A stretch of 64,000 nucleotides of DNA from Candidatus Multivoradales bacterium (GTDB lineage Bacteria; Acidobacteriota; Thermoanaerobaculia; Multivoradales; J023): positions 4,640,001 to 4,704,000 of the forward strand of contig CBDFLE010000006.1 in NCBI GenBank assembly GCA_965248925.1, in the 5' to 3' direction. The position numbers were made by a program, and so were the translations under genes. The notes beneath the pieces are model-generated. The model was not told where the DNA came from and ran no database searches. It worked only from the letters and a program-made list of their open reading frames with translations. Positions 1 through 9,813 of the stretch are shown one piece after another (within the stretch, counting starts at the first letter, position 1; each line of letters opens with the position of its first letter).

Positions 1-86
1 TCCAATCTCACCGGCAAGGTAGTCTGCGGCATGCTGCGCCTCGTGTGCGAGATTCTGCTCAATCGTGAAAGCATTTGGGCTCTTAT
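1..86 (-). pseudogene. C-terminal part of Rhs toxin 1 (HExxH metallopeptidase tip), cut off by IS1380; runs off the window
   Basis: Removing 92-1644 and one TCAGA restores in-frame GDSFEITL-NKSPNAFTIEQNLAHEAQHAADYLAGEIG, matching toxin 2 (FTIDQNLAHETQHAVDYLGGEFG). Confidence 0.9.
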
Positions 87-91
87 TCAGA

Positions 92-1644
92 CCTAAACTG
101 AGCGGTTCTGAGCTTGAAGCAGAATAACCGAGGGGTTGATTCGGGGCGCCGAATGTGCGTTTTGCCAGAGAACGGGAAGTTTGAGTTGGTCCCACAGCAC
201 TTGCGTAACCTTGAGCGCTATCGCCCCGGCGTGGCAGACGATCTTTCCGGCCTGGTCGAAGAGCCGCCGACGGACGTTGGTCGGGTACGATTCCAAAGGG
301 ATCACTTCGGCGCTAACATCTTCCTTGAACGCCTCGAAGAGGAAGAACGCAACCAGGATGGTGAAGTAGTACGCCATGTTGGGGCCAAAACGCAGGAAAG
401 GCAACCGCTCGCTGGCGAAGTCTTTCAGCTCGCGATGAACCAGCTCATCCGCTCCACGTCGGTGGTAAAAGCCGATCACCTTGGCTGCATCCACGCGGTT
501 CGCGTACCCCGCCTCGCGCAGCAACCCGTCAATGTGTTGTCCTCGCCCCAGGTTGGTATAGATCACCGTGTCCGGCCGGGCGAACGCCAGGAGTCGCTGG
601 CGATCCTTGTAGAGCGGCTGGCAGAAGATCGCCCTTCGAGTCTGGCTCCAAGTCCCGCGTTGATCCTCGAATTCGAAGAAGCGCCACTGCTGGGGCTCTC
701 GGGCGAGGAGCTTCCATTCCTCTTCTGGGAGTTCCTGGGCCCGGTCACGAATTCCCTGGTACAGCTTTCCTCCGCAGACGTATCCGATCTTCAGTTCTTC
801 ACAGGCGACGAAGATCGCCTGGTCGAAAAATCCACTGTCCATGCGCAGCATAATCGGCACATCGGCCTGGAGGTGAGTACGGATGGCGGATACCGCTTGG
901 CGAATCATCTTGACGGCGTCGTTGCCGCAGTTGCAGTGCCGGTCACCTCGACGGAAGACCGCACCGATGATGAATCGCCGCCAAGTCAGCTGGAGAGGCT
1001 GGAACCCCTTGACTTTCTTGTAGGTGGGCTGGACCCCATGCCGCTTGATAGCATCATCGTTGTCCATGACCATCGAATCGAGGCCCAGGACAACGACGTC
1101 AGGTGCTGCAAGGCGCAGCCGCCACACAAACAGCTCGCGCAGAAGCTTGCGAAAGAAGTGAATGACAGGGAGTGAGAAGGCTTTGAAGAACCGCTTTACA
1201 GAGTGGGAAGACAGCAACTGATGCTGGTGGCATTCGACGATGCTGGCGTAGGCCGGATCCTTCTTCAGCGCATCGAAGTAGTTGAGGTGACGACTCGTTC
1301 CATCGAGCAAGAAGAGGAAAACCTGTTTGAAGATGTCGACGATCGGCAGACCCTTGCTGCTCTTGCGCAGTCGGCCGAATAGATGCTGCAGAAGCGGTTG
1401 GATACAAATGCTGTCCAGGTATCGCACGAAAAGGTTTAGCCCTGCTCGGCCAGTCAGAGAATCGGGGGTTACCTCAATCTTGGTGATGGCGTGCAGGCTC
1501 TTCGGGGCCGTGGTAGACTTCATCTCGATCTCCCACCTGTTGGGTTGTGGCGAGTCACTTCGCCAATTACTGCTAACGGTTTCAATGTCAGCAGTTTAGC
1601 ACAGCAGGTGGGGGATTATTGTGGTTTAAACCGCTCAATCTAGG
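92..1644 (-). mobile_element. IS1380-family insertion sequence
   Basis: Imperfect TIRs CCTAAACTGAGCGGTT (92) and CCTAGATTGAGCGGTT (reverse complement ending 1644); 5-bp target duplication TCAGA at 87-91 and 1645-1649. Confidence 0.9.
93..1523 (-). CDS. IS1380-family DDE transposase (476 aa)
   Basis: LTGRAGL N-terminus, LDS, RMDSGF, YHRRGADE motifs; ORF fills the TIR-bounded element. Confidence 0.88.
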   Translation of the reverse strand: MKSTTAPKSLHAITKIEVTPDSLTGRAGLNLFVRYLDSICIQPLLQHLFGRLRKSSKGLPIVDIFKQVFLFLLDGTSRHLNYFDALKKDPAYASIVECHQHQLLSSHSVKRFFKAFSLPVIHFFRKLLRELFVWRLRLAAPDVVVLGLDSMVMDNDDAIKRHGVQPTYKKVKGFQPLQLTWRRFIIGAVFRRGDRHCNCGNDAVKMIRQAVSAIRTHLQADVPIMLRMDSGFFDQAIFVACEELKIGYVCGGKLYQGIRDRAQELPEEEWKLLAREPQQWRFFEFEDQRGTWSQTRRAIFCQPLYKDRQRLLAFARPDTVIYTNLGRGQHIDGLLREAGYANRVDAAKVIGFYHRRGADELVHRELKDFASERLPFLRFGPNMAYYFTILVAFFLFEAFKEDVSAEVIPLESYPTNVRRRLFDQAGKIVCHAGAIALKVTQVLWDQLKLPVLWQNAHSAPRINPSVILLQAQNRSV

Positions 1645-2654
1645 TCAGAGTTATCTCAAATGAGTCTCCGGAGCCTGTGTAGGAGAACTTACCTTCCGTA
1701 TTGGGGTTGGACGCATTGACCTTTCCGTATTGAATAGTAAACTCTTCGCTGGCACTCTCCAGGCGGCTTAGTGTGACCCCGAATGACTGGTTGAATTTTG
1801 CGAGTCTTCGTGCCCGATTCTCAAGTTTCTTGTTTGCGAACTTCACGACCATGCCGGTGGGGTCAGTGAAACTCAATGGGTTGTTGAGAGCATATGCGAA
1901 TCGGTTCCAGAGTTGCGGTTTGGTTCCAGCAATCTCAAGTGGCAGAACCGGATCTACACTCAAGAACTTCCCCAACTGCGGACTGCAATACCGAGCATGC
2001 ATGTAATCGAGATCATAGGTCCCGCCAGCAAAGTCCCGCTCATGGCCGGTAAACCTGAGCTGCTCTGAGTCAAAAGCGGTACCCACCTCCTCGCCATAGG
2101 GGTAGTAATTGTGACTGAAGATCGGCGTGCCGTTGCGATCGGTGGTCAGTCGAGCACTGCCCAGGTGGTCGAGACTGAAGTGCTGCCGCGACCGAGGGCT
2201 AGCCAAGTGGGTGTCGGCGGCCAGCTGCTGGCCGCCGCGATAGACGTAATCCTTGAGGAAGCTCCAGGGATTGGTGCCCTTGGGATTCTCGAAGATCGAC
2301 AGCACTTTGGCGTCGAGATCGCGGACGGTCCAGGTCTCGACCAGGCTCTCGAAGGAGCCCTGCCAGTGGAAGGTCCACAGGCGCTCCTCGTCGGCGGTGT
2401 AGATGTAGGTGTCTTCGGGATAGTTGCGGGTGCTCATCATGCCCAAAGCATCGTAGGAGTAAAGCTGCGAGCCCCAGGAGAGGATGTTGCCGCGACCGTC
2501 ATAGACCACCGCGCCGCTGAGCCGGTTGGTGGCTCGGTTGGTGGCCAAGATGCGGCCGTTGACTCCGGTGATGCCGGTTAGGTTGCCAAATGGATCGTAC
2601 TGATAGCCCTGGTCGCCTGAGGAGTCTTCGAAGACCTTGATTCGGTTCAAGCCG
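1645..2654 (-). pseudogene. Rhs cassette 1: Rhs core C-terminus plus start of toxin tip (3' exon of the intron)
   Basis: Near-identical to 14000-14986; DHLGS, RFTGHERD, FLSVDP and NNPLSFTDPTG (DPxG) motifs. Confidence 0.9.
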
Positions 2655-2729
2655 GTCGAGTAGGCAGGGGCCGTTGCCGGCCCCCGCCCCTCTAAGAACC
2701 GTACGTGCGAGTTTCCCCGCATACGGCTC
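2655..2729 (-). ncRNA. Group II intron domains V and VI
   Basis: GAGCCGTATGCGGGGAAACTCGCACGTACGGTTC (AGC triad, GAAA loop), then GGGGCC GGCAAC GGCCCC hairpin and terminal AC. Confidence 0.93.
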
Positions 2730-2781
2730 AGGCATTCCAAAGGCCGGCTGCTTGCCGACCCGGCTTGTCGGGCTTGTGGGT

Positions 2782-4308
2782 TCAGAATGACAGCTCCAGT
2801 TGCCCAGGCCTCGTTCTTTGGCGGTCCCAATGCTCGCGGCGGCGACGCTGCCTCCAGCGTTCTTTGAAGTACTCCGCGTAACGGGCATCGTGATACCTAG
2901 CTTCGGCCCGAACTTTGATGTGCCGACGGATTCTCAGGCTGCTCGTTCGAAACTGAACGATCGTCTGTGGACGTCTTCCAGCTCGGATTTGCTTGGCATT
3001 GAGTAGCCACCTGGCGTTTCCCACGCGAGAAAAGTATCGCGTCTTGATCCATCGTAGCCCTTTGTTGTTGTGGCGCCTTCGCGCCCATCTCCAGAGCTGT
3101 CCGAAGATGAAGTGGTCGATATTCTGGAAGGTCTTCGAGGCAACGAGATGACGGAACTGGTGAGCCCAGCCGCGGAGGACGCGGTTGAGCTGGTGCAGTA
3201 GATTTTCCGTCTTGGTTCCGAAGTTCCGACGAATGAGGCTCCGCGTTCTTTGGATGAGATCCTTGACGTTGGCCCGCATTGGGCGCATCAGGAGCTTGCC
3301 GTTGTACTTACGTACATTGGCTCCAAGGAAATCGAAACCGTCGTCGATATGCACGATCTGGGACTTCTTTTCGGACAGTCTCAGACCGCGTTCTTTGAGA
3401 AAGGCGGTAACCGCGGGGACGACGTTCTCTTCCAGGAGTTCCCTGGTTCTGGCCGTGGCCACGAGATCGTCTGCGTACCGAATGACATGGACCTTGGCGG
3501 CGGGCTCCTTCCCTTTTGGGCGTGGAACCGCCGAAAGGACATGAGCTTCTAAACCGTCCAAGGTCATATTCGCCAAGGTTGGCGAGAGGATTCCTCCTTG
3601 GGGAGTGCCTTGCTCAGTGGGGTGGAACATCTCACCTTCGAAATATCCGGCCTTCAGCCATTTCCGGAGTAGACTTCTATCCATCGGGATATGGTCTAGT
3701 AACCATTGATGGCTGATTTGATCAAAACAGGCTTCGATGTCCGCGTCGAGCACCCATTCAGCTGCGTTGCCCTTAGCCAATACCATGTGGCATCGCACAT
3801 GGGCATCTTGGATCGAACGGGCTTTGCGGAATCCATAGGAATTTGGATCCGCCCTTTGCTCGGCTACTGGCTCGAGAGCCAGCAGATGAAGAGCTTGCAT
3901 CGCTCGATCGTGCATACACGGGATACTCAGCGGACGTTTTCCGCCGTTGCGTTTTGGAATGTGGATTCGCCGTAGTGGCTGAGGCTGATAGCCTCGCCGC
4001 TTCAGCTCGTCCACGGCCTGCATCTTCTGCCGAGAGGTGTTCCAGAGAACACCGTCGATTCCCGGCGTGCGCTTTCCCTGGTTCGTCGTCACCCGACGAA
4101 CCGCCAGCCGCTTCGCAGGCAGCGCCTGAACCAAAATTCGCTGGAGGGAGCGCACCTTCCCCCAGCGTTCTTTCCGAGCTGCCTTCGCAATACGAACTTG
4201 TAGCCGCTCAACGGTTTTGTACGTCCACCGCCAGTCGATATCCGACCAGCTTTCGACACCGCCCGAAGGTGCGCCGACCGCGAATTTCTTCGGGTCATCC
4301 ATCGCCAT
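2782..4308 (-). CDS. ltrA: Group II intron reverse transcriptase/maturase without HNH endonuclease
   Basis: TPGIDG, RPLSIP, SYGFR, PQGGILSP and YADD motifs plus X domain; GGAGG precedes ATG 4308; no C-terminal HNH. Confidence 0.93.
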   Translation of the reverse strand: MAMDDPKKFAVGAPSGGVESWSDIDWRWTYKTVERLQVRIAKAARKERWGKVRSLQRILVQALPAKRLAVRRVTTNQGKRTPGIDGVLWNTSRQKMQAVDELKRRGYQPQPLRRIHIPKRNGGKRPLSIPCMHDRAMQALHLLALEPVAEQRADPNSYGFRKARSIQDAHVRCHMVLAKGNAAEWVLDADIEACFDQISHQWLLDHIPMDRSLLRKWLKAGYFEGEMFHPTEQGTPQGGILSPTLANMTLDGLEAHVLSAVPRPKGKEPAAKVHVIRYADDLVATARTRELLEENVVPAVTAFLKERGLRLSEKKSQIVHIDDGFDFLGANVRKYNGKLLMRPMRANVKDLIQRTRSLIRRNFGTKTENLLHQLNRVLRGWAHQFRHLVASKTFQNIDHFIFGQLWRWARRRHNNKGLRWIKTRYFSRVGNARWLLNAKQIRAGRRPQTIVQFRTSSLRIRRHIKVRAEARYHDARYAEYFKERWRQRRRREHWDRQRTRPGQLELSF

Positions 4309-4632
4309 TCCTCCGCAGAATCGGTTCTCCAAGCGCTCTTACAAAGAAACACCCGCTGGTGTTAGCGGCTACGGGAAAGCGTACGTAGTTGGTGTAGAGC
4401 GCAGACCAGCACCATTCTCTAGATCCCGCCCAACGGAATCATCATCCCCGCCGCAGGCGGGTCCGTGATCTTGCAGAATAGGGCTGTGGACGGAAGAGAC
4501 GAAGGTCCAGGGGCAATTTGACTAGGCGGTCGAAACCCCTGGACCTCCCCAAGAAGCGCGACCGATAGGCCGGCTCGCGCTAAGTATCTTCGGAAATCAT
4601 CGTCTCGTCTACCCTCTGTCCAGCTGGAGACG

Positions 4633-5055
4633 GTGCGCGAGGACTACCGGTGGTATTTCTGTGCTGGGTGTCGAGCCTCGGTCGAGATCTGCTCGCACTG
4701 TGACCGGGGGCAGATTTACTGTGGCCAGGAGTGCTCCAGCGCCGCCCGCCGCGAGTCCTTGCGAGTTGCTGGTTGGCGCTACTGCCAGACCCCTCAAGGT
4801 CGCCGAAATCAGGCCGAGCGGCAGGCCCGATGGCGTCAGCGCCAGCAGGCCGAAGCGCAGAAAGTAACGCATCAGGGTACCCCACCCCCAGAGCCCCCAG
4901 TCATCCTCACTACGCCACCCCCGAGTGGGTCCAAGGACCGCCTTGCCCCGCTCGGCGAGCCGCGATGCTGCTTCTGTGGCGTTCTCTGCCGTCCATTCGT
5001 CCGTCTGGATCCCCTCAGACGACGACGGCGGCGCAAACGGAGAGATCGAAGATGA
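4633..5055 (+). CDS. Cys-rich putative zinc-binding IS21 accessory protein
   Basis: CAGC, CSHC, YCGQEC and CCFC motifs; stop overlaps istA start (ATGA). Confidence 0.7.
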   Translation: MREDYRWYFCAGCRASVEICSHCDRGQIYCGQECSSAARRESLRVAGWRYCQTPQGRRNQAERQARWRQRQQAEAQKVTHQGTPPPEPPVILTTPPPSGSKDRLAPLGEPRCCFCGVLCRPFVRLDPLRRRRRRKRRDRR

Positions 5056-6551
5056 TTTCAGAAGAGAAGAAACAGGAGATCCTGCGCTACCACTTCGTGG
5101 AGAAATGGCGGCCGGGCACGATCAGCCGGCAGCTCGGAGTTCACTACGAGACGGTGCAGCGAGCCCTGCGGGATGCCGGGGCGCCGACGGCGATTTCGAC
5201 CCGCAGCTCGATAGTTGATCCTTACCAGCCCTTCATGCACCAGACCTTGGAGAAGTTCCCGAGCCTCCCGGCGAGTCGGCTCTACCAGATGGTCAAGGAG
5301 CGCGGCTACTCAGGAGGTGAGGATCATTTCCGTCACCTGGTGGCTCGAATAAGACCTCGTCGCAAGGCTGAGGCTTACCTGCGCCTGACCACCTTGGCTG
5401 GCGAGCAAGGGCAAGTGGATTGGGGCCATTTCGGCTCTATCAAGGTGGGAGGCGCGGAGCACAGCCTGATGGGCTTCGTTCTGGTAGCGAGCTACTCGCG
5501 TCGGATCTTCCTCCGGTTCTTCCTCAACGCGCGGATGGAGAATTTTCTGCGCGGTCATGTGGCCACCTTCGAGAGATGGCAAGGTGTCTTCAAGATCTTG
5601 CTCTACGACAATCTGAAAAGTGTGGTGCTCGAACGCCGGGGCGAGGCGATTCGCTACAACCCCAAGTTCCAGGAATTTGCCGGCCACTACCGATTCGAGC
5701 CACGGCCAGTAGCGATCGCTCGGGGCAACGAGAAAGGACGTGTAGAGCGCGCCATTCGCTATATCCGAACTTCGTTCTTCGCCGGTCGGGAGTTCAAGGA
5801 TCTCGACGATTTGAATCGTCAAGCCGAGGCATGGTGTGAGGGCTGGGCAGATCGTCGGAAATGGCATCAGGACCCCAGCAGAACGGTCAGCGAAGCCTTC
5901 GAGGACGAGAGGTCCTACCTGATCGAGCTGCCCACCGAGCCGTTTCGGACCGAGGAGCGCGGCGAGGCTCACATTGGCAAGACGCCGTATGCACGCTTTG
6001 ATCGCAACGATTACTCGGTGCCGTTCGATCGGGTGCGCCGCACTCTGACGGTGCGCGCCAGCCTCTTAGAGGTACGCATCTTCGACGGTCACAAGGTCGT
6101 GGCGTGCCATCCCAGATCCTTCGATCGCAGCCAGCAGATCGAGAACCCCGAGCATATCCAGGAGCTTGTCGATCACAAACACCGGGCGAAGAAACATCGG
6201 GGGCTCGATCGTCTCAGGCGCGCGGCTCCAAGGTGCGAGGCGCTGTTGCAGCGACTCGCCGAGAGAGGGCTGCCTCTGGGAACCGCTACCGCAGCACTCC
6301 TGCGTTTGCTCGACCACTACGGCACCGAGGCTCTCACCTCGGCCGTCGAAGAGGCGCTCGGCAACCACTCCTGCGACGTCCAGGCCGTTCGCCTGGTGCT
6401 CGAGCGCCGTGAGCGCGAGCGTCAGGCCACGCCGATGCTTCCTCTCCGCCTACCCAAAGATCCCAGAATCCGGGATCTCGACGTGCGCCCTCATGATCTC
6501 AACGACTACGACCGTCTCAGCCGCCAGGAGGATCCTCATGACGACGACTGA
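5052..6551 (+). CDS. istA: IS21 transposase IstA
   Basis: N-terminal HTH, GEQGQVDWG, LYDN, KGRVER, NDYSVP motifs. Confidence 0.95.
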   Translation: MISEEKKQEILRYHFVEKWRPGTISRQLGVHYETVQRALRDAGAPTAISTRSSIVDPYQPFMHQTLEKFPSLPASRLYQMVKERGYSGGEDHFRHLVARIRPRRKAEAYLRLTTLAGEQGQVDWGHFGSIKVGGAEHSLMGFVLVASYSRRIFLRFFLNARMENFLRGHVATFERWQGVFKILLYDNLKSVVLERRGEAIRYNPKFQEFAGHYRFEPRPVAIARGNEKGRVERAIRYIRTSFFAGREFKDLDDLNRQAEAWCEGWADRRKWHQDPSRTVSEAFEDERSYLIELPTEPFRTEERGEAHIGKTPYARFDRNDYSVPFDRVRRTLTVRASLLEVRIFDGHKVVACHPRSFDRSQQIENPEHIQELVDHKHRAKKHRGLDRLRRAAPRCEALLQRLAERGLPLGTATAALLRLLDHYGTEALTSAVEEALGNHSCDVQAVRLVLERRERERQATPMLPLRLPKDPRIRDLDVRPHDLNDYDRLSRQEDPHDDD

Positions 6552-7302
6552 AGATCTGCTCATCCGGGCCAAGAAGCTCGGGCTGCACGGTCTGGTCGAA
6601 GATTGGAGTCAACTTCAGAACCAGCCTTGGGTGCTGCCTTTGATCGACCGAGAGGAGATAGTGCGACACCAGAGGAGCCTCGAGAGGCGAATCCGCAACG
6701 CACACATCGGCACCTTCAAGCCGATGGCCGACTTCGACTACAAGTGGCCACGAAAGATCGATCGCCTGATGGTGGAAGACCTCTTCAACTTCCAATGGCT
6801 CGAAGAAGGAGCCAACGTCATCCTCTTCGGTCCCAACGGCGTCGGCAAGTCGATGATCGTTCAGAATCTCACCTACCAGGCCTTGTTGCGTGGCGCCACC
6901 GGACGCATGCTCACCGCCAGCGAACTGCTCAACGACCTCGCGGCACAAGAGAGTTCCAGGGCTCTGCAGCGGCGCCTGGCCCTCTACACCCGGCCCGATC
7001 TGCTGGCCATTGACGAGCTAGGCTACCTGTCCTACGACCATCGCCACGCCGACCTCCTCTTCGAGGTGGTAAGCCGGAGGTATCAGAAGAAATCTATTCT
7101 GCTGACCACCAACAAACCCTTCTCCGAGTGGCAGAGCGTCTTCGCCTCGGCCACCTGCGTGGTCACCCTTGTCGATCGGCTCGTACATCACGCCGAGATC
7201 GTCACCATCGAAGGCGACTCCTATCGGCGCAAAGAAGCAGAAGAGGAAAAGAAACGGCGAGCACAAGACCGCGCGCGGCGGCGAAAGGCGAAGGTGTCAT
7301 GA
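6538..7302 (+). CDS. istB: IS21 AAA+ helper ATPase IstB
   Basis: Walker A GPNGVGKS, Walker B LLAIDELGY, DRLVHH, GDSYR. Confidence 0.95.
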   Translation: MTTTEDLLIRAKKLGLHGLVEDWSQLQNQPWVLPLIDREEIVRHQRSLERRIRNAHIGTFKPMADFDYKWPRKIDRLMVEDLFNFQWLEEGANVILFGPNGVGKSMIVQNLTYQALLRGATGRMLTASELLNDLAAQESSRALQRRLALYTRPDLLAIDELGYLSYDHRHADLLFEVVSRRYQKKSILLTTNKPFSEWQSVFASATCVVTLVDRLVHHAEIVTIEGDSYRRKEAEEEKKRRAQDRARRRKAKVS

Positions 7303-7640
7303 GCAAGTGCGACTACGTCCAGGCGATTCTCAGAGCTTACCTTGAGCAGCAGGAGACCCCTGCTCAGGCAAGACCCACTGACCGCGTACTCGCTCTTGAT
7401 CTCTACCAGCAGCAAGTCTCCATCGATCAGATCAGAGCAGCCATTCTCCTCGCAGCCGGTCGACGAATCCAGCGATCTCCAGAGGCACCCAAGCTAGCCA
7501 AGATCCGATCCCTCGCCTACTTTGCGCCGGTGATTCGAGAACTCGATGGCCTTGAAGACATCGAGGGGTATCTCAAGTATCTCCAAAGCACCGCTCGGCG
7601 CGAGCAGGGGCTGCACACCGGCTCGGATTACACCGAATAG
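7299..7640 (+). CDS. Hypothetical IS21 passenger protein (113 aa)
   Basis: ATGA overlap with istB stop; lies inside the right TIR. Confidence 0.65.
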   Translation: MSKCDYVQAILRAYLEQQETPAQARPTDRVLALDLYQQQVSIDQIRAAILLAAGRRIQRSPEAPKLAKIRSLAYFAPVIRELDGLEDIEGYLKYLQSTARREQGLHTGSDYTE

Positions 7641-7958
7641 ATACGTTCTTGCTCAGCCGCTAACAGCTGGACGTTGGCTCGCTTTCGCGCCGGGCAAATT
7701 CCGAACCCGTATCCGATCCATTACAGACCGGCATTCGCTTCTTCCAGCGTCCTACTCCGGCACATCCAATAGCCTCCCTTGCGGTCAGCCTGCCTGGTTG
7801 ACGATAGGAGTCGGAACGATCCCGGGCCGTTCGCTGACGCGGTGGGGCGGGAAAGATCGGACTCTCACCTTCGTAGGCGGACATACCAGGTTTACAAGTT
7901 CCGCTTTCGGAGTACGTAGCTTTAGGTATCAGCTTTAGACCGGGTGATCGACGACCGC

Positions 7959-7984
7959 GGGCCACGACTACGAGAACGTGGCCC
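7959..7984 (-). ncRNA. Intron EBS1 stem-loop
   Basis: 8-bp stem GGGCCACG/CGTGGCCC; loop UUCUCGUAGU contains UCGUAGU, complementary to the last 7 nt of the 5' exon (ACUACGA). Confidence 0.8.
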
Positions 7985-8295
7985 CTGCCACCTTGCCGTT
8001 TGGCCAGGCCTGTCAGCCCCTTTGGCCCTTCATCATAACGATCCCTGCGCTGATTCACATGTGTTTGCCATGGCTACTACCAGACGCTATCCCGGATCGG
8101 GGCTCCCAGGAGCCTTGACGCCTCGCGGTGTCAAGACCGCACCGAGGTGCTTCGCGCATTGTCTGGCCCGCTCTTTATTCAGGGCCGTAGGTTCATCTGG
8201 CGGTACAGATGGTCCTCGCTCATGGGATGGGAAATCAAATAATTGCATTTCGGAGGACAACTCCTTTCATATAGAAAAGCGGCTTCTTGCCGCAC

Positions 8296-8493
8296 TCGTA
8301 GTTGCTGTAGGTGATCTGCTGCGCCTCGGGGTGATTCTCTGAGAGGAGAAAGCCTCGACCGTCGTACTCGAAGGTACGAATCTGGGTGGTACTTCCGCCC
8401 TTCAGATTGGCCTGTTTCAACCGATCGCCGGAGTCGTAGAAGTAGGTCGCCAGCAGGCCGCCCGCGGGCTCGGATACCCGCACCAGGCGGCCG
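8296..8493 (-). pseudogene. Rhs core fragment (5' exon of the intron)
   Basis: RVSEPAGGLLATYFYDSGDRL...ITYSNY, nearly identical to 17990-18187; no start codon context. Confidence 0.88.
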
Positions 8494-9135
8494 ATAATGT
8501 GCCTGGCACCTGTTCCGTCCCGCCTCAGCCCTCAGTGTCACCAGGCTCTCCACCGCTACGGCGCCGCTGGCGTTCTGAACACTGTCGGCGTTGGCTCCTC
8601 CACCTTTGGCGACGTTCCGAGGCCCTCCTTCTCGGTCCCGAAGACTACGCACGACACTCTTCCCGACTCAAGGTCGACCCGATACTCCACGAGGTCTGGC
8701 CTTGTTATGACCCTTAGTACCACGCGGTATGTGCCTTCGTCGACGAACGCTGTGATCACGTTTGGAAAAGCATCCCATATTTCCAGTAACTCGCAACCTT
8801 CCGGCGCAGGCCAGTAGGCCATGGTCCCATTTAGTGTCAGTCTTCCAAATGACAAGCAGGGCGTTGGGTCTCTATGACTGACAAAGAAGATGGAATCTCG
8901 ACTTGGATTCGTAACAGTCGAGAGAATCAATTCCTCTTTGCGCTTGTTGCCAAGTTGCCTCAGAAAACTGCCAGATGCCGAAAAGATTGAAAAACTGCTT
9001 TCGTCATGTCCGGGCTCGGTGAATAGGGCTGAGAAGGAATTTTCCAACGGCACCGACAAATGGCCTGCTGATTCCAGACCTCCTGACCTACCCCTCCTAA
9101 CCCTCTGAAAACACAGGACCGCCCCTCAGAGGTGG

Positions 9136-9813
9136 TGCGGACCCAAAACTGTCCGCTTTTTTCGGTGCCGAGGCATGATCGAGCATGGCACTGACGAGCG
9201 AGCACACCGTCCTGTTCCCAGACCACGCCGGGGTCCCCGATGGGGTTGTGGTGATCAACGACCGCTGCCGCCTCCAGCAGAGGGGCGGCTATCGGGTGGT
9301 GGTGGTCAGCGGCATGCCGCTCGCTCACTTCGCTGCCGGCGACAGGACAGGCGAGGCCCACGCGATGGTGAGTCTCGTTGAATTGGGCTGGGCACAGCAA
9401 CGCGAGGTGGCCCTTGCGTTCGCTTGTGATGTGCGGACTGTGCGCCGGAATCAGCGCCGCTTCGAAGAAGGTGGGCTGGCTGCTCTGGGCCGGCCGCGCG
9501 GTTTTCCCCGGGGTCAGTCTCGGGTAGCGCAGGGCCGCCTGGACGCGGTCAACGGCTGGAAGGCCGAGGGTGTGTCGAATCGCGAGATTGGCCGGCGGCT
9601 GGGCATCGATGAGAAGGCCGTTCGCAAGCTCGCCAAGCGCCTGGGCTGGAAAGAGCGGTCGGTAGTGCAGATGACGATGCCCTTCGAGAGTGCGGACCCA
9701 AAACTGTCCGCCTCTGATGAGCAGCAGGTCGACGGCCCCCTGAAAACTGCGGATCTTGCGCTCGACGCTGAGGGTGGCGGTGACCCAGCGGCTGCGGACC
9801 CAAAACTGTCCGC
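9136..9813. repeat. Three exact copies of a 21-bp dyad TGCGGACCCAAAACTGTCCGC
   Basis: Copies at 9136-9156, 9691-9711 and 9793-9813; GCGGAC-N8-GTCCGC inverted repeat. Confidence 0.9.

Larger units (their letters stand above)
4360..7665 (+). mobile_element. IS21-family element with four ORFs, nested in the intron
   Basis: TIRs TGTTAGCGGCT (4360) and AGCCGCTAACA (ending 7665); 5-bp duplication GCTGG at 4355-4359 and 7666-7670. Confidence 0.92.
2655..8295 (-). mobile_element. Group II intron (probably chloroplast-like class), about 2330 nt once the nested IS21 is removed
   Basis: 5' end GTGCGGCAAG at 8295; 3' end CCTACTCGAC at 2655; domain V and VI hairpins; RT ORF; Rhs homology resumes exactly at both ends. 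Confidence 0.92.

Noticed and set aside
1640-2830. 396-aa ORF as a normal gene
   Set aside because: Chimera of intron RNA sequence and Rhs 3' exon, ending in the IS1380 TIR.
2782-4332. RT as a diversity-generating retroelement, retron or CRISPR-associated RT, with the Rhs repeats as TR/VR
   Set aside because: It has a maturase domain and full intron ends (GTGCG, domains V/VI), and differences between Rhs copies are not adenine-specific.
8000-8060. EBS2 of the intron
   Set aside because: No convincing complement to exon positions -7 to -13 could be assigned by eye.
9136-9813. CRISPR array from the 21-bp repeats
   Set aside because: Irregular spacing (555 and 102 nt), and two copies lie within a coding frame.
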